Assembly (NCBI GenBank): GCA_051382335.1
Contig: JBBCAX010000399.1
Span: forward strand, 1-50,377
DNA from: Deltaproteobacteria bacterium TL4
GTDB lineage: Bacteria > SAR324 > NAC60-12
Direction: 5' to 3'
Length of the DNA: 50,377 nt
The notes beneath the pieces are model-generated. The model saw nothing but the letters and a program-made list of their open reading frames with translations, ran no database searches and had not been told where the DNA came from. The position numbers and the translations under genes are program-made. Positions 18,912-28,457 of the stretch are shown here, piece by piece; position 1 is the first letter of the stretch, and the number at the start of each line of letters is the position of its first letter.

Positions 18912-19733
18912 TTAAAACGTCATGACCTGATACGTTTCAGGAATAATGATTTTCACATCAGGGGCGACTTGTCGAATTTGCTCAAGAAATCCAGGCAGAT
19001 CTTGAAACGGTAATTTGGGAGCGGTCCCGTCCGAAGCCAGCGGTGCGGAAAAATCGTCAAAATGAAACGGAATCACAGTCTGGGGTTTAAAAATTTCAAC
19101 CAACCGCCCTGGATAATTCGGAATACGTTTCCATCCTGGAACACAAAGGAACAAAACATCACAACGCTGATCCTTGATTTCCGATTCAATAAAGTTGGCA
19201 CTTCCAACATGCATGAAGGTCGTATCCCCAATTTCCAATTTACACATAAAAACGGTTCCATGACGGTAAGCACTGGCTCTCAACGGTGGAATTCGTCGAC
19301 CTGGAATTATTTCTCCAGGGTAAGGAATACGTCCCATGGCAACTAAACCATGTATTGAGCGAAGCATCGTCACTTTGATCTTCCTGTCAATTTCAATCGT
19401 TTCCCCTCCTGAGCACATTCGAACACGATGGGGTATTTCATGCAAAGACATGAGGACTTCCAAACTACGACTGCCGATCACAGGACCATTGATATATCTA
19501 CTTAAATCAGGACAGTCGAGCGCATGATCCAAGTGGGTATGACTCACAATCATCGAGGATTGTTTGTCTTTTAAGGACTTGGCATAGTTTTCAATAATAC
19601 TGACATTTGGTATGATTTTTCTAAAAATAATATCGATTTTCCCTGGACGGGAAAGGTAGGGATCCATCAAAATTTTATGGTTTTCATAGCTAAATTCGAG
19701 TCCTGTCGCTCCTAACCACCGAACAGTTATCAT
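18912..19733 (-). CDS. MBL-fold metallo-hydrolase
   Basis: VRWLG, ILMDPYLSR, SHTHLDHALD, VIPFHFDDF. Confidence 0.9.
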   Translation of the reverse strand: MITVRWLGATGLEFSYENHKILMDPYLSRPGKIDIIFRKIIPNVSIIENYAKSLKDKQSSMIVSHTHLDHALDCPDLSRYINGPVIGSRSLEVLMSLHEIPHRVRMCSGGETIEIDRKIKVTMLRSIHGLVAMGRIPYPGEIIPGRRIPPLRASAYRHGTVFMCKLEIGDTTFMHVGSANFIESEIKDQRCDVLFLCVPGWKRIPNYPGRLVEIFKPQTVIPFHFDDFSAPLASDGTAPKLPFQDLPGFLEQIRQVAPDVKIIIPETYQVMTF

Positions 19734-19891
19734 ACGGTTCCTTTCCTTTGAACATGTTATTGTGTAAGTTGGATACTCATATCTAGGCTTATTAAACTTT
19801 GTAACAGAAACGCATTATAAAGCAAAGAAACAAAATGAGACAGGGGGAGGGGGCTACTCCTCATCCGAAGTGAAGGCCTGAATCCAAGGGG

Positions 19892-20461
19892 TTAAAATTT
19901 TACTTTGATACCATAGGTGAGGAAGTTAGAACCGCAGATAGGCCAACAATAGAAGCCAAAAACACCTGAGCGATGATGTATTCTTGCCAAGAGTTTCAGA
20001 TTTTCATAATGCAGAAACCCTGTGTCCAATTCAATCATCAAATAATTAAGCAGGTGAGGTTCAGGGCGATCTTCATGCAATACCGGAGGTTGTGTGGCGT
20101 AGGAGAGCCCGCTGCCATAAGCGAGGCTACTCGGTTGAACGTCTTTGAGGAAGGTATAACGCGCAATAATCAGCGCATTCGCTTCCCAGTGATCCAGAAG
20201 ACCTTTGTATTTAGCGACATTACCTTCAAATTCGAAGGTCATTTGACGAATGCGGGCATCCAAACCATAATTAATTCCAAGCACATGCAGACGAAGGGGT
20301 ATATACTGAGGCGATTGTCTCGTAAAAATGAATCTCAAGTCATCGTCGACCCCTTGTCCTTGATAGGCAATAAGTTCATACTGATCCTTGGCCTCAACAT
20401 TGGAGGCTGACACCAGCCTCCCCACAATCCCGAGGCATAAAAGGATAAAGATCATTTTCAC
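19892..20461 (-). CDS. Small outer-membrane beta-barrel, PagL/acyloxyacyl hydrolase-like
   Basis: Signal peptide, amphipathic strands, RIHHRSGVFG and GSNFLTYGIKVKF with terminal Phe. Confidence 0.6.
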   Translation of the reverse strand: MKMIFILLCLGIVGRLVSASNVEAKDQYELIAYQGQGVDDDLRFIFTRQSPQYIPLRLHVLGINYGLDARIRQMTFEFEGNVAKYKGLLDHWEANALIIARYTFLKDVQPSSLAYGSGLSYATQPPVLHEDRPEPHLLNYLMIELDTGFLHYENLKLLARIHHRSGVFGFYCWPICGSNFLTYGIKVKF

Positions 20462-21126
20462 GATTTTTCTCCTTCAAGGGCGACAACGGTAGTTTGAATT
20501 GTTGACCAAATTTGAATCCAAAGTTTCGCAACACTGTCTTGAATAAAATCGTTATAAAACGTACAGGCTTCTTTTGCTTCAGCATAATTGGGTTGTAAGC
20601 ATTCCTGCTGCAAATAATCAGGACGCTTATCCCCATTAATCATCGTCCCGACAATGGTTCCTAACGTCCCCAAAATGGGGCCTTGCACACACCAAACACC
20701 AATACGCCCTTCGTTCTTGAAGGTGACCTCCTGAGGGATTTGGTCTCGATGACTTAACGATAGATGATACTCCATAGTCCCACTGCTGCTTACGAGCACA
20801 ATCGTGGTAAACGTTGCCACGGAATAAAAAACATTTCTTAAAAAATCCGAAGAGGGCTCATGAATGGCAGGCTCAATCTGTAATGTGTAATCGGTATCTA
20901 CGGTATCTGTGGAGGAACAATAGACTTTTGGGAAAAATGATGTTTTTTGAACCGAATCACAAAAGATCAGGGCGACAACTGGATCCGTTGAAACCACACG
21001 CAAGGTTTGCTCACTCGGGTTCCTGGTTTTAATAATGGGTACCGTTTCTTTTTTCATGGAACAAGAAATTATGAAAAATGAAAGTAGGATCATCAAGGAA
21101 TAATAAGGCGATCGTTTCAACATCAT
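20458..21126 (-). CDS. Hypothetical Cys-rich lipoprotein
   Basis: Lipobox IISC; ATGA overlap with the downstream barrel gene. Confidence 0.7.
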   Translation of the reverse strand: MMLKRSPYYSLMILLSFFIISCSMKKETVPIIKTRNPSEQTLRVVSTDPVVALIFCDSVQKTSFFPKVYCSSTDTVDTDYTLQIEPAIHEPSSDFLRNVFYSVATFTTIVLVSSSGTMEYHLSLSHRDQIPQEVTFKNEGRIGVWCVQGPILGTLGTIVGTMINGDKRPDYLQQECLQPNYAEAKEACTFYNDFIQDSVAKLWIQIWSTIQTTVVALEGEKS

Positions 21127-21148
21127 AACCAGTCAGTTCCAAGTGTTT

Positions 21149-21781
21149 TTACGCCCCAGTGCTTAAGGTCTCAGCCAAAGTTTCCAACTTCTCAAGCGTA
21201 TGCAAAAAGCAGGACGTATTGTCTCTTGCAGAAGCCATTTTTTCTTTTGAAACCGGATTCCCAACAATCATGAGGGCACGAGTGAAGGGATAGGGAAGTA
21301 CAAATCCATCTTTTAGCACAAAATGTTTAGGAAAACAGGTCAGGAACGTAATGGGAAGAACGGGGATGGAGGTATGTTCCACAATTTTTTTCAATAAGCT
21401 TTCAGAAAATGAGCTTTCTTGAGAAGAGGGGGCAAGTGGAAACCAAAAGCGTTTTTGTGAATGTTGGATTTGAGTCAGGAGGTCTTGCCAGGATTCCTCG
21501 TTGATAAAGTTCCGGGCATCATAATACGTGACGCCTTTTGAAAGAAGCAGATCGCTCTGATTCAGAGGGGGCGATTGAAGCAAGATCAAATTTTCATTTT
21601 GAACGCGACAGATGCGCTGACAAAATAGAAGTTGACTCCATGAACAAAAGACCACGTAGGGGAGCTCTCTCCGATTCAATTCTTCTATAATGCTGTAGTT
21701 GATAAGAGGAGTACGTATGCTCCGGGTAAGTAGCGTAAGTCCGTCAAAAGACTTGGGTATTAAACGCCATGGGGTCATCAT
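21149..21781 (-). CDS. Divergent DUF374 / acyltransferase-fold protein
   Basis: IPVLPITF and DGFVLPYPFTRALMIVGNP resemble the DUF374 C-terminus; the usual WH and DGPRGP motifs are absent. Confidence 0.5.
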   Translation of the reverse strand: MMTPWRLIPKSFDGLTLLTRSIRTPLINYSIIEELNRRELPYVVFCSWSQLLFCQRICRVQNENLILLQSPPLNQSDLLLSKGVTYYDARNFINEESWQDLLTQIQHSQKRFWFPLAPSSQESSFSESLLKKIVEHTSIPVLPITFLTCFPKHFVLKDGFVLPYPFTRALMIVGNPVSKEKMASARDNTSCFLHTLEKLETLAETLSTGA

Positions 21782-21836
21782 TTTCCGTTATTGAATTTAC
21801 TTGGGATCAGGTTTGGGTTTGGGTTCTTCAACAGAT

Positions 21837-21935
21837 TTATAAGCACATTGTCCTTTGCTTCTCATACAAAACCTGCGCGGATTCAAGCAATGTTTCGCAT
21901 CGTGTCATTTCGGCGAGAATTTCTTTTTCGTTCAT
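21837..21935 (-). pseudogene. Truncated HEPN-like partner of the MNT gene
   Basis: ATGA overlap with the MNT stop; 32 aa MNEKEILAEMTRCETLLESAQVLYEK resembles HEPN helix 1 and then stops. Confidence 0.6.
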
Positions 21936-22219
21936 AATGAAATTCCTTCGAAAATAATATTTCTATAAAATTGTGTATTAATGGAGGCTATGTCTTTCAT
22001 GTGTGATACAGGTAAGACCTGGAAAGAAAATACGCACAGGTGATCTAACTCGTAACCAACTTCTTTTATTTTATCATAGGTCTTCCAATCCGCATTACTG
22101 GCAATCACCAGAATATCCACATCCGAATCATCATTAAAATCACCACGAGCTTTTGAACCATAGAGAATCACCTCTTGCACAATTTTACTAAATTCTTGCG
22201 AAAGACGATCTTTAAACAC
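21932..22219 (-). CDS. Minimal nucleotidyltransferase (MNT antitoxin-like), possibly 5'-truncated
   Basis: ILYGSKARGDFNDDSDVDILVI (GS-x10-DxD); GTG start without an obvious RBS. Confidence 0.8.
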   Translation of the reverse strand: MFKDRLSQEFSKIVQEVILYGSKARGDFNDDSDVDILVIASNADWKTYDKIKEVGYELDHLCVFSFQVLPVSHMKDIASINTQFYRNIIFEGISL

Positions 22220-22255
22220 TTTAACAAAAAAAAACTGAGGTGAAAACTATATTAC

Positions 22256-22819
22256 TCATCTAAGTCTTTTCAATTCCTGATTAATGGCGTCTAAATCAAA
22301 GGCCTCTGGATCAAATTCTCCACCTGCCCACTCCAGCATCTCCTCATGTTCGGGATGTCCTGGATTCTGAATTGCTTCTAAAAAACTAGCATAGCCCCAA
22401 ATACCACCACAATCCTCAGGAGGACAGGCACGTTTACCCGTAATACAAATTGGATAGCTCACGCCCTCTTCCGGCAACAAAGTCTTTTCTACCACCATCT
22501 CATGCCCCCAACTGTCCCCAAAATCATATTCGTACACAAATTTCATCTTGGGTCTGAACTGATCCAACTTCACTCTACTTTCGTTTTCGATCTCATTCCC
22601 AAATTCATGATCAGGCTTACCGTAGTTCATCCCTCCAATGATATATTGGTGAAGATGACAATCCTCCCAGCCCATCACAATCTGCAAAATTCGATGAAGC
22701 TTTGAAAGGTTTATATCACTGGCGACTTGAATCCTCCTCCAAATGGGGGGTTTACTTCCTTTTAGAGTTACCTTTAGTTGATAAATCATAGTATTTGAAC
22801 TCTTTTGCTTTCCTGCCAT
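22256..22819 (-). CDS. Plasmid pRiA4b ORF-3 family protein
   Basis: YQLKVTL..KPPIWRRI, LHRILQ..MGWEDCHLHQY, YEYDFGDSWGH, CPPEDCGGIWGY. Confidence 0.92.
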   Translation of the reverse strand: MAGKQKSSNTMIYQLKVTLKGSKPPIWRRIQVASDINLSKLHRILQIVMGWEDCHLHQYIIGGMNYGKPDHEFGNEIENESRVKLDQFRPKMKFVYEYDFGDSWGHEMVVEKTLLPEEGVSYPICITGKRACPPEDCGGIWGYASFLEAIQNPGHPEHEEMLEWAGGEFDPEAFDLDAINQELKRLR

Positions 22820-23216
22820 ATTCCTCCTTTCCTTTTATCAGTTTCCAATCATAAACTACCTTGTCCTGATCATTCGGATATTCCGATAGATAGCCGTCAT
22901 AGGACTGAACCGTGTTTTTACTCACTGCCGCTTGGTAATAGAGTTCCTCACGGTTGGTTTGCACCTGCTGGACATACTTACCCTTCGGATATTCCGACAG
23001 ATAGCCGTCATAGGACTGAACCGTGTTTTTACTCACTGCCGCTTGGTAATAGAGTTCCTCACGGTTGGTTTGCACCTGCTGGACATACTTCCCTTTCGGA
23101 TATTTCGACAGATAGCCGTCATACGCATCAACTGTCTTACGCGATTGGGTATCTTTAAAAATAATTTCTTCTAACCGGATTTGGGCCTCACTTACAAACA
23201 TTTTGGAAAGATGTCT
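22752..23216 (-). pseudogene. Orphan fragment of a helical-repeat protein (Y..YL..YP.G.Y repeats)
   Basis: 37-aa repeats. The ORF overlaps both neighbours, has no credible start, and the repeat breaks abruptly at YPN. Confidence 0.55.
22873..23123. repeat. 111-bp tandem repeat, about 2.3 copies
   Basis: Units begin TTCGGATATT at 22873, 22984 and 23095; the first two are nearly identical. Confidence 0.95.
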
Positions 23217-23217
23217 A

Positions 23218-24747
23218 TTATGTAGAAAATCCAGAGAAGGGCTCCGCCTCACTATCAACACGAATACGATCCATTCCGGTCGCTTGCATCAACGTTGCTT
23301 CAAGATCCAACAAAACGGTCACATCCCCAGATTCTTCCCGCCCGATGGCCTCAACAATCCGATGATCGCTTTCTTCTCCCCAGTGTTCTGGAATATCAAA
23401 AATGGTGTTGGAAAGGTAAGTGATTCCAACAATGTCTTCCACTTGCAAGCCGACTTTACGCTCTCCAATATTCACCACAATGATTTTAACATGATCATTT
23501 TTGGGGATGCTATTGGGACTTTCGAACATCCGGGGGAGATCAATCACCGTAATGATTTCACCTCGGACATTGATGACGCCTTTTACATAAGTCGGGCATT
23601 TAGGGACAGAAAACACAAGAGACGGGGGAACCGAAGTAATGTGGTTGACCTGCAAAAGCCGAATCGCATAGATTTCATTTCCGATCTTGAAACGAATTAA
23701 AGAAATAATTTCCTCATCATTATCTTCTTCCGGCAGTTCATATTCCAGTTCTTCCTCATACTGAAACTGACTCAGACGTTCTAACTCGGTTTCTGAAAAA
23801 ATCTGATTCAGAAGTATGACCATATACACATAATGCTCTTTTTCGGCAGGAATCTGAACAATGCCTTGTAAATGAGCGGCCTTATGACCTGTGACATTTT
23901 TAGGCAGAGGGCCAATTTTAGAAGGTTTGATCCGCAACACGCCACGAATTTGATCCACCATTAATCCGACCTTGGTTCCTTGGACATTCACTACCAGGAC
24001 ATAGGTCGTTTCTGTAATTTTACTTTGCCTTAAACCAAAGCGTCGGGTCAAACTCAGTAAGGGGATGACTTGGTTTCTCAGGTGAAAAACGCCTTCAATA
24101 TTATGAGAGGACTGAGGAACTTTAATCAAGGTTGGGAACCTGATAATTTCTTCAACATCACTGATTTCCAAGACATAGTATTCATCAGCCAGTCGAAATC
24201 CAACAAAAACCTGCTCAGCTTCCGCAACGATTAATTCCCCACTCTGCTGTCCACTGGGCTTTTCTTTCATGACTTTTACTTCGGTTAAGAAGTCTTCATG
24301 CTTAATCAGCCGTTCTTGATCCAAAAGTAAAAGGGATTCATCATTTTCAAAATGCACAGCTCCCGTTAAAAACTCCAGGGTATTGGGGTCAACCAATGGC
24401 GGAGGAAGCCGAATCTGACTATGTTGCACATTGACCACTTCTCCCATTTGATCCACAAGCAATCCCAAGCGAGAGGCCGCATAATCCACAATCAGAACAC
24501 GCTGGTTATCATGTCTGGGGACATGAGAGAGTCCAAACCGCTGTCGTAAGTCAACGGTTGAAATGGTTTCTCCACGCAGATTTAAGACCCCCAGAAAAAA
24601 ATCAGGAGTTCTGGGAATAGGAGTGATTCTAGGGGGCCGAATGATTTGCTGTACTACCTCGATATGCACACCAAAGCGTTCATCGCCTACTTTGAATGTT
24701 ACATATTTAGCAAAATTTTCTGAATAGACACTGCCAGATCCCGTCAT
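23218..24747 (-). CDS. cheW: Chemotaxis adaptor with three tandem CheW domains
   Basis: Three repeats: GVLNLRGETISTVDL, GVFHLRNQVIPLLSL, GVINVRGEIITVIDL, each followed by a GL(L/M/Q)V(D/E) motif. Confidence 0.9.
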   Translation of the reverse strand: MTGSGSVYSENFAKYVTFKVGDERFGVHIEVVQQIIRPPRITPIPRTPDFFLGVLNLRGETISTVDLRQRFGLSHVPRHDNQRVLIVDYAASRLGLLVDQMGEVVNVQHSQIRLPPPLVDPNTLEFLTGAVHFENDESLLLLDQERLIKHEDFLTEVKVMKEKPSGQQSGELIVAEAEQVFVGFRLADEYYVLEISDVEEIIRFPTLIKVPQSSHNIEGVFHLRNQVIPLLSLTRRFGLRQSKITETTYVLVVNVQGTKVGLMVDQIRGVLRIKPSKIGPLPKNVTGHKAAHLQGIVQIPAEKEHYVYMVILLNQIFSETELERLSQFQYEEELEYELPEEDNDEEIISLIRFKIGNEIYAIRLLQVNHITSVPPSLVFSVPKCPTYVKGVINVRGEIITVIDLPRMFESPNSIPKNDHVKIIVVNIGERKVGLQVEDIVGITYLSNTIFDIPEHWGEESDHRIVEAIGREESGDVTVLLDLEATLMQATGMDRIRVDSEAEPFSGFST

Positions 24748-24881
24748 GACCCCTCATGAATATAGCATTATTAATAGCATTGTTAGCGGTACCCTATACG
24801 AAAATCGTTCAAGACAAGGATACCCACTCTCTTGATATGACAGAAACCCAGCAATAGCGCAACACTTTGTTAGGAATGATT

Positions 24882-27392
24882 CTAAGGTACAAATTCATCG
24901 TAGTATTGCATGAAGGAAACCATGCTTGGAAGAATTTCTTCCGCATGTTCCGCCTGCTCTTCCAGGATCAATTTGTGAATTTCATTCCAATAAATCGTTG
25001 TCGTTTTTTCCTGCCATTCCAACGGCAGTTTTTTGTAAATTTGGATTCCTTTTTTAATGAAGTCGGAATTCCTCGTATGAAAGAATCCCCGGACCGCATG
25101 GAGCGCAACTCGACTTTCAGGATGTTTTACAGAAAAATTCAATAACTGTTCCAATTTTTTCAAAAAGCGTTTAGACGTGACTTCTTCATAGTTTTTACCA
25201 TGATCATAAAGAGCCAGAGCCAAGTCAATCAAGGATCGATAACATTGAGGTAACAGCGTAATTTTAGGATTTTTAACAATTTCCAAAATTTGAGCGAGCA
25301 CTGTTTCAGAATCAGGTTTAAGACTCACGATGGCGGTAATACAGCAGAAAAATAAATTTTCTTTTAATTCTTCATTTTCATCACTTTGCTCTTCTCGAAC
25401 CATCAAGTCATAATAACTGGTTTCGTAACCTGGGAGGGGAATATGGCTTTGCAGGATTTTCATCAACACTTCAACAATTTCCTGAGTCTTGCCCACACAG
25501 CTCTGTTGGTCAAGAAAGCGAACCTTCCGAGCCATGTCTTTGGTCAACGTCATTTTTTGTTCTAAAGTATAGTTTTGATCCATCGCGGCTCGGAAGACTT
25601 CAATTTCCGTTTTTAAAATCTCAACAGGAGAACCGTCCAACCGGTTAACCGCCTCAATAAAGGCGGCCACAACGCGTTTTTGCGTAAAAAGCGCATCCAG
25701 GTGCCGCCCTTCATGGACCGTGACATGGATCGACGTTGACAAGCGGAAATCTTCAATATAGCGTTTGATTTTCGCAAGATTATCTTGTTGGTTGACAAAG
25801 TCACTTGGATAACTATCCAACTTCATCTTATGTTGATTCGGCCAACGTTTCCAATAGGGGAAAAAGGTTTCCGGAAGAGAAAAAATATCGTTTTCTGTCT
25901 GTAGTGTTAGCACAGGAACAGAGCCTGCGACACGGTATAAATTGTCAGTATAGCTTAAGCCAATCGTTTGTTTCCTGGTTTGTTCCTGACTTTCCTGATC
26001 CTGCTCGACATAGACATCTTCTCCAGCGGAGATATAAATTTCTTCATAGTTGAAAGAAACCGCGCCTTCCACCCCTGACTTCAACATTTTGAGCAAGTGA
26101 AGGATGGCCATTTTAGGTGGATTCACAACACCATATTTGAAAAGGGTCCGAATCAATTTGGGGTTGACACTGAAGGGATTCAACTTCAAGGAAGAGTGAG
26201 TTACCGGTAAATGGTTCGATTCCGCCCATTCCAGCAAAGGCGTGTCGGTTTTGGCATTAAAGGTCAACAAATGAGTCAGTCCAGGAAGGTGGGTGACAAC
26301 ACTGGCAATTTTACCAATCGGAACCGTTCCGTTTTTACTGGTCATGGCCACAATTTTTTCAAGGAAACGCGCTTTCCATTGGCTCATAAAGCTTAAAGAG
26401 CTAAAATCGAGTGGAGGATTGATCAAGACCACCGCTTTTAAGGGATCAATGAACTTGGAATACTGAATGGCGTTGAGAACTTGTTTAAAGATAATCAGGG
26501 TGCCTCCCAAACCATGTCCCGCAAGGATCACCTGCCGTTGTTGGGATCTGCGTCTCGCAACATCAATTAAGGTACTCAGCAAATACTCCGCATAGATATC
26601 CATATTGGCGTCTTGCTCTCCCCAGTCATGATCCAGCACAAAAACGCGACTCCCCTGTTTTGCGAGGTGATAATCAAGACTGTTGTTCCCCTCACAATGA
26701 AAAGTGTAATAATTAGTGCTGAATCCCGGAACTAAACAAACAGGCGCCTCATGGATTAACTGACTGGGAATGATTTCCCATATTTTGACAGCATACCCCT
26801 TCAATTGATAGATTCGATGGACATAGATATGTTTAATAAAGGGGGGAATGGGTTCTTTATCAAAATGATATTCCAACAACTCAACGGTTTCCACGACATT
26901 GCTTTTATAAAGAGAGGGATTGTGACGGTGAGCGTAGAGGATTCGTAAACGTGGAACTTCTTCCCCAAATAAGGATTGAATAATTCGCGGGGAAATTTTT
27001 TTGCGTAAAAAGGTGGGAATTTCCTTGTAATTTTCATGGATGCTGAATAAGGCCAATACTTCACGTAAACTATGAACCCCTGCTAAAAAAAACTCGTTTT
27101 CTTCTTCAAGGATATAAGGTTTTGCGCCTTTACGATTGAGTTGCCCCAAAGACTGAAAGTAGCGCTGACGTACGTGTTGATAGATCATCTCAAAGATAGA
27201 TTGATCATAGGAATCATGCACTTCTCCAAGCAGCGTTACCAGACTCTTGCCACTGGGAAGCATACAGCGATGCAACAAGTAATAGATACGGTCACATAAT
27301 TCCCGAAGTTTAATGTCTCGGGTTTTCAAAGAGACGACATCTAACACTATATCTTTCACCTCACGAATCACTGTTTTCTCTGACATGTTCAT
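24882..27392 (-). CDS. Large alpha/beta-hydrolase-fold protein with Gly at the nucleophile position and helical extensions
   Basis: PVCLVPGF, HLAKQGSRVFVLD, ILAGHGLGG, VPVLTLQTENDIF, GRHLDALF. Confidence 0.7.
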   Translation of the reverse strand: MNMSEKTVIREVKDIVLDVVSLKTRDIKLRELCDRIYYLLHRCMLPSGKSLVTLLGEVHDSYDQSIFEMIYQHVRQRYFQSLGQLNRKGAKPYILEEENEFFLAGVHSLREVLALFSIHENYKEIPTFLRKKISPRIIQSLFGEEVPRLRILYAHRHNPSLYKSNVVETVELLEYHFDKEPIPPFIKHIYVHRIYQLKGYAVKIWEIIPSQLIHEAPVCLVPGFSTNYYTFHCEGNNSLDYHLAKQGSRVFVLDHDWGEQDANMDIYAEYLLSTLIDVARRRSQQRQVILAGHGLGGTLIIFKQVLNAIQYSKFIDPLKAVVLINPPLDFSSLSFMSQWKARFLEKIVAMTSKNGTVPIGKIASVVTHLPGLTHLLTFNAKTDTPLLEWAESNHLPVTHSSLKLNPFSVNPKLIRTLFKYGVVNPPKMAILHLLKMLKSGVEGAVSFNYEEIYISAGEDVYVEQDQESQEQTRKQTIGLSYTDNLYRVAGSVPVLTLQTENDIFSLPETFFPYWKRWPNQHKMKLDSYPSDFVNQQDNLAKIKRYIEDFRLSTSIHVTVHEGRHLDALFTQKRVVAAFIEAVNRLDGSPVEILKTEIEVFRAAMDQNYTLEQKMTLTKDMARKVRFLDQQSCVGKTQEIVEVLMKILQSHIPLPGYETSYYDLMVREEQSDENEELKENLFFCCITAIVSLKPDSETVLAQILEIVKNPKITLLPQCYRSLIDLALALYDHGKNYEEVTSKRFLKKLEQLLNFSVKHPESRVALHAVRGFFHTRNSDFIKKGIQIYKKLPLEWQEKTTTIYWNEIHKLILEEQAEHAEEILPSMVSFMQYYDEFVP

Positions 27393-27587
27393 TCTCTATA
27401 CTAAAGGCTGTTGCTGTGTTCACTTTATTGAAAAAGTACCCTGTTTTCAAAAAATAAAATACTTAAAGCGAGTATGATTTCTGATTTTAAAAAAACGTGC
27501 CAATACTCTTGCTCTATGTTAGCATAATAAAATAGATTCTTTCAAGTTGAGAAGGATCTTAACTCCATACAAAGAGAAGCAAAAACC

Positions 27588-28337
27588 ATGAAAGCCATGA
27601 TCTTGGCAGCGGGGAAAGGGACTCGTCTTCAACCGCTGACGCTAAATACGCCTAAAGCCTTAATTCCAATTGCCAACCATCCCGCCTTGGAGTGGGGAAT
27701 TCGACGTCTTGATAAAATAGGCGTTCAGTCCATCATCATCAACACGCATCACCATTCGGAACAATTGGAAGCCTATGTGCGGCAACACCAAGGACATTCT
27801 CCTGAGCTTACACTTTCTAACGAAGATCAAATCCTGGGAACCGGGGGGGGCTTGTTAAAAACAAAAGATTTTTGGGATCCCGACCCCTTTATTCTTCATA
27901 ATGCGGATATTTTTTCAACCGCAGATTTGCTTTCAGCCTATCGTTACCACAAAAAACAACAGAATCTCGCAACCCTACTCACTCAAGACAGGGTCACTCA
28001 AACCAAACTGCTGATTGATGAACAGCAATTTATTTGTGGGATTCATTATTACAAAACGGAAAATTATCAGATGTTACGAGCCCCTCAAGGCGCTATAACA
28101 GAACAGGGCTTTTGTGGCATCCACGTGATCTCTCCTCAAATTTTCTCCCTGATTCAGGAAGTTCCCCCTTTTTCAATTATCGATTGTTATTTACGTTTAA
28201 TTCAAGAAAATCATCCCCTTCGGGCTTTTGATATTAAAAATGCCTATTGGAAAGATATGGGAACACCTCGATGCCTGGAAGAGTTAGAAGCCGATTGGTA
28301 TCGTTATCCAGCAATTCAAGAGTGTTATTCTTTGTAG
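27588..28337 (+). CDS. Sugar-phosphate nucleotidyltransferase (MurU-like)
   Basis: MKAMILAAGKGTRLQPLT..PKAL, ILGTGGG, HNADIF, YWKDMGTP. Confidence 0.88.
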   Translation: MKAMILAAGKGTRLQPLTLNTPKALIPIANHPALEWGIRRLDKIGVQSIIINTHHHSEQLEAYVRQHQGHSPELTLSNEDQILGTGGGLLKTKDFWDPDPFILHNADIFSTADLLSAYRYHKKQQNLATLLTQDRVTQTKLLIDEQQFICGIHYYKTENYQMLRAPQGAITEQGFCGIHVISPQIFSLIQEVPPFSIIDCYLRLIQENHPLRAFDIKNAYWKDMGTPRCLEELEADWYRYPAIQECYSL

Positions 28338-28457
28338 AACCTGACCTCTCTGCTGCTGGCTTGGCAATGAAAGAAAAACTTTACAAATGGAAAGACTCTC
28401 GTTAAATAACTAAGGAGAGCTATTCGAAACCCGTAAAATTTGCGTTTAAGGGACTTA

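Noticed and set aside
22873..23123. 111-bp repeats as a possible CRISPR array
   Set aside because: No unique spacers, the unit length is a multiple of 3 and codes for protein, and no cas genes are present.
21837..23216. Integron cassette array
   Set aside because: No attC-like inverted repeats between the ORFs and no integrase.
27487..27502. Minus-strand TGGCACG-TTTTTTTAA, a sigma54-like site upstream of the hydrolase gene
   Set aside because: The -24 element is perfect but the -12 GC is absent.
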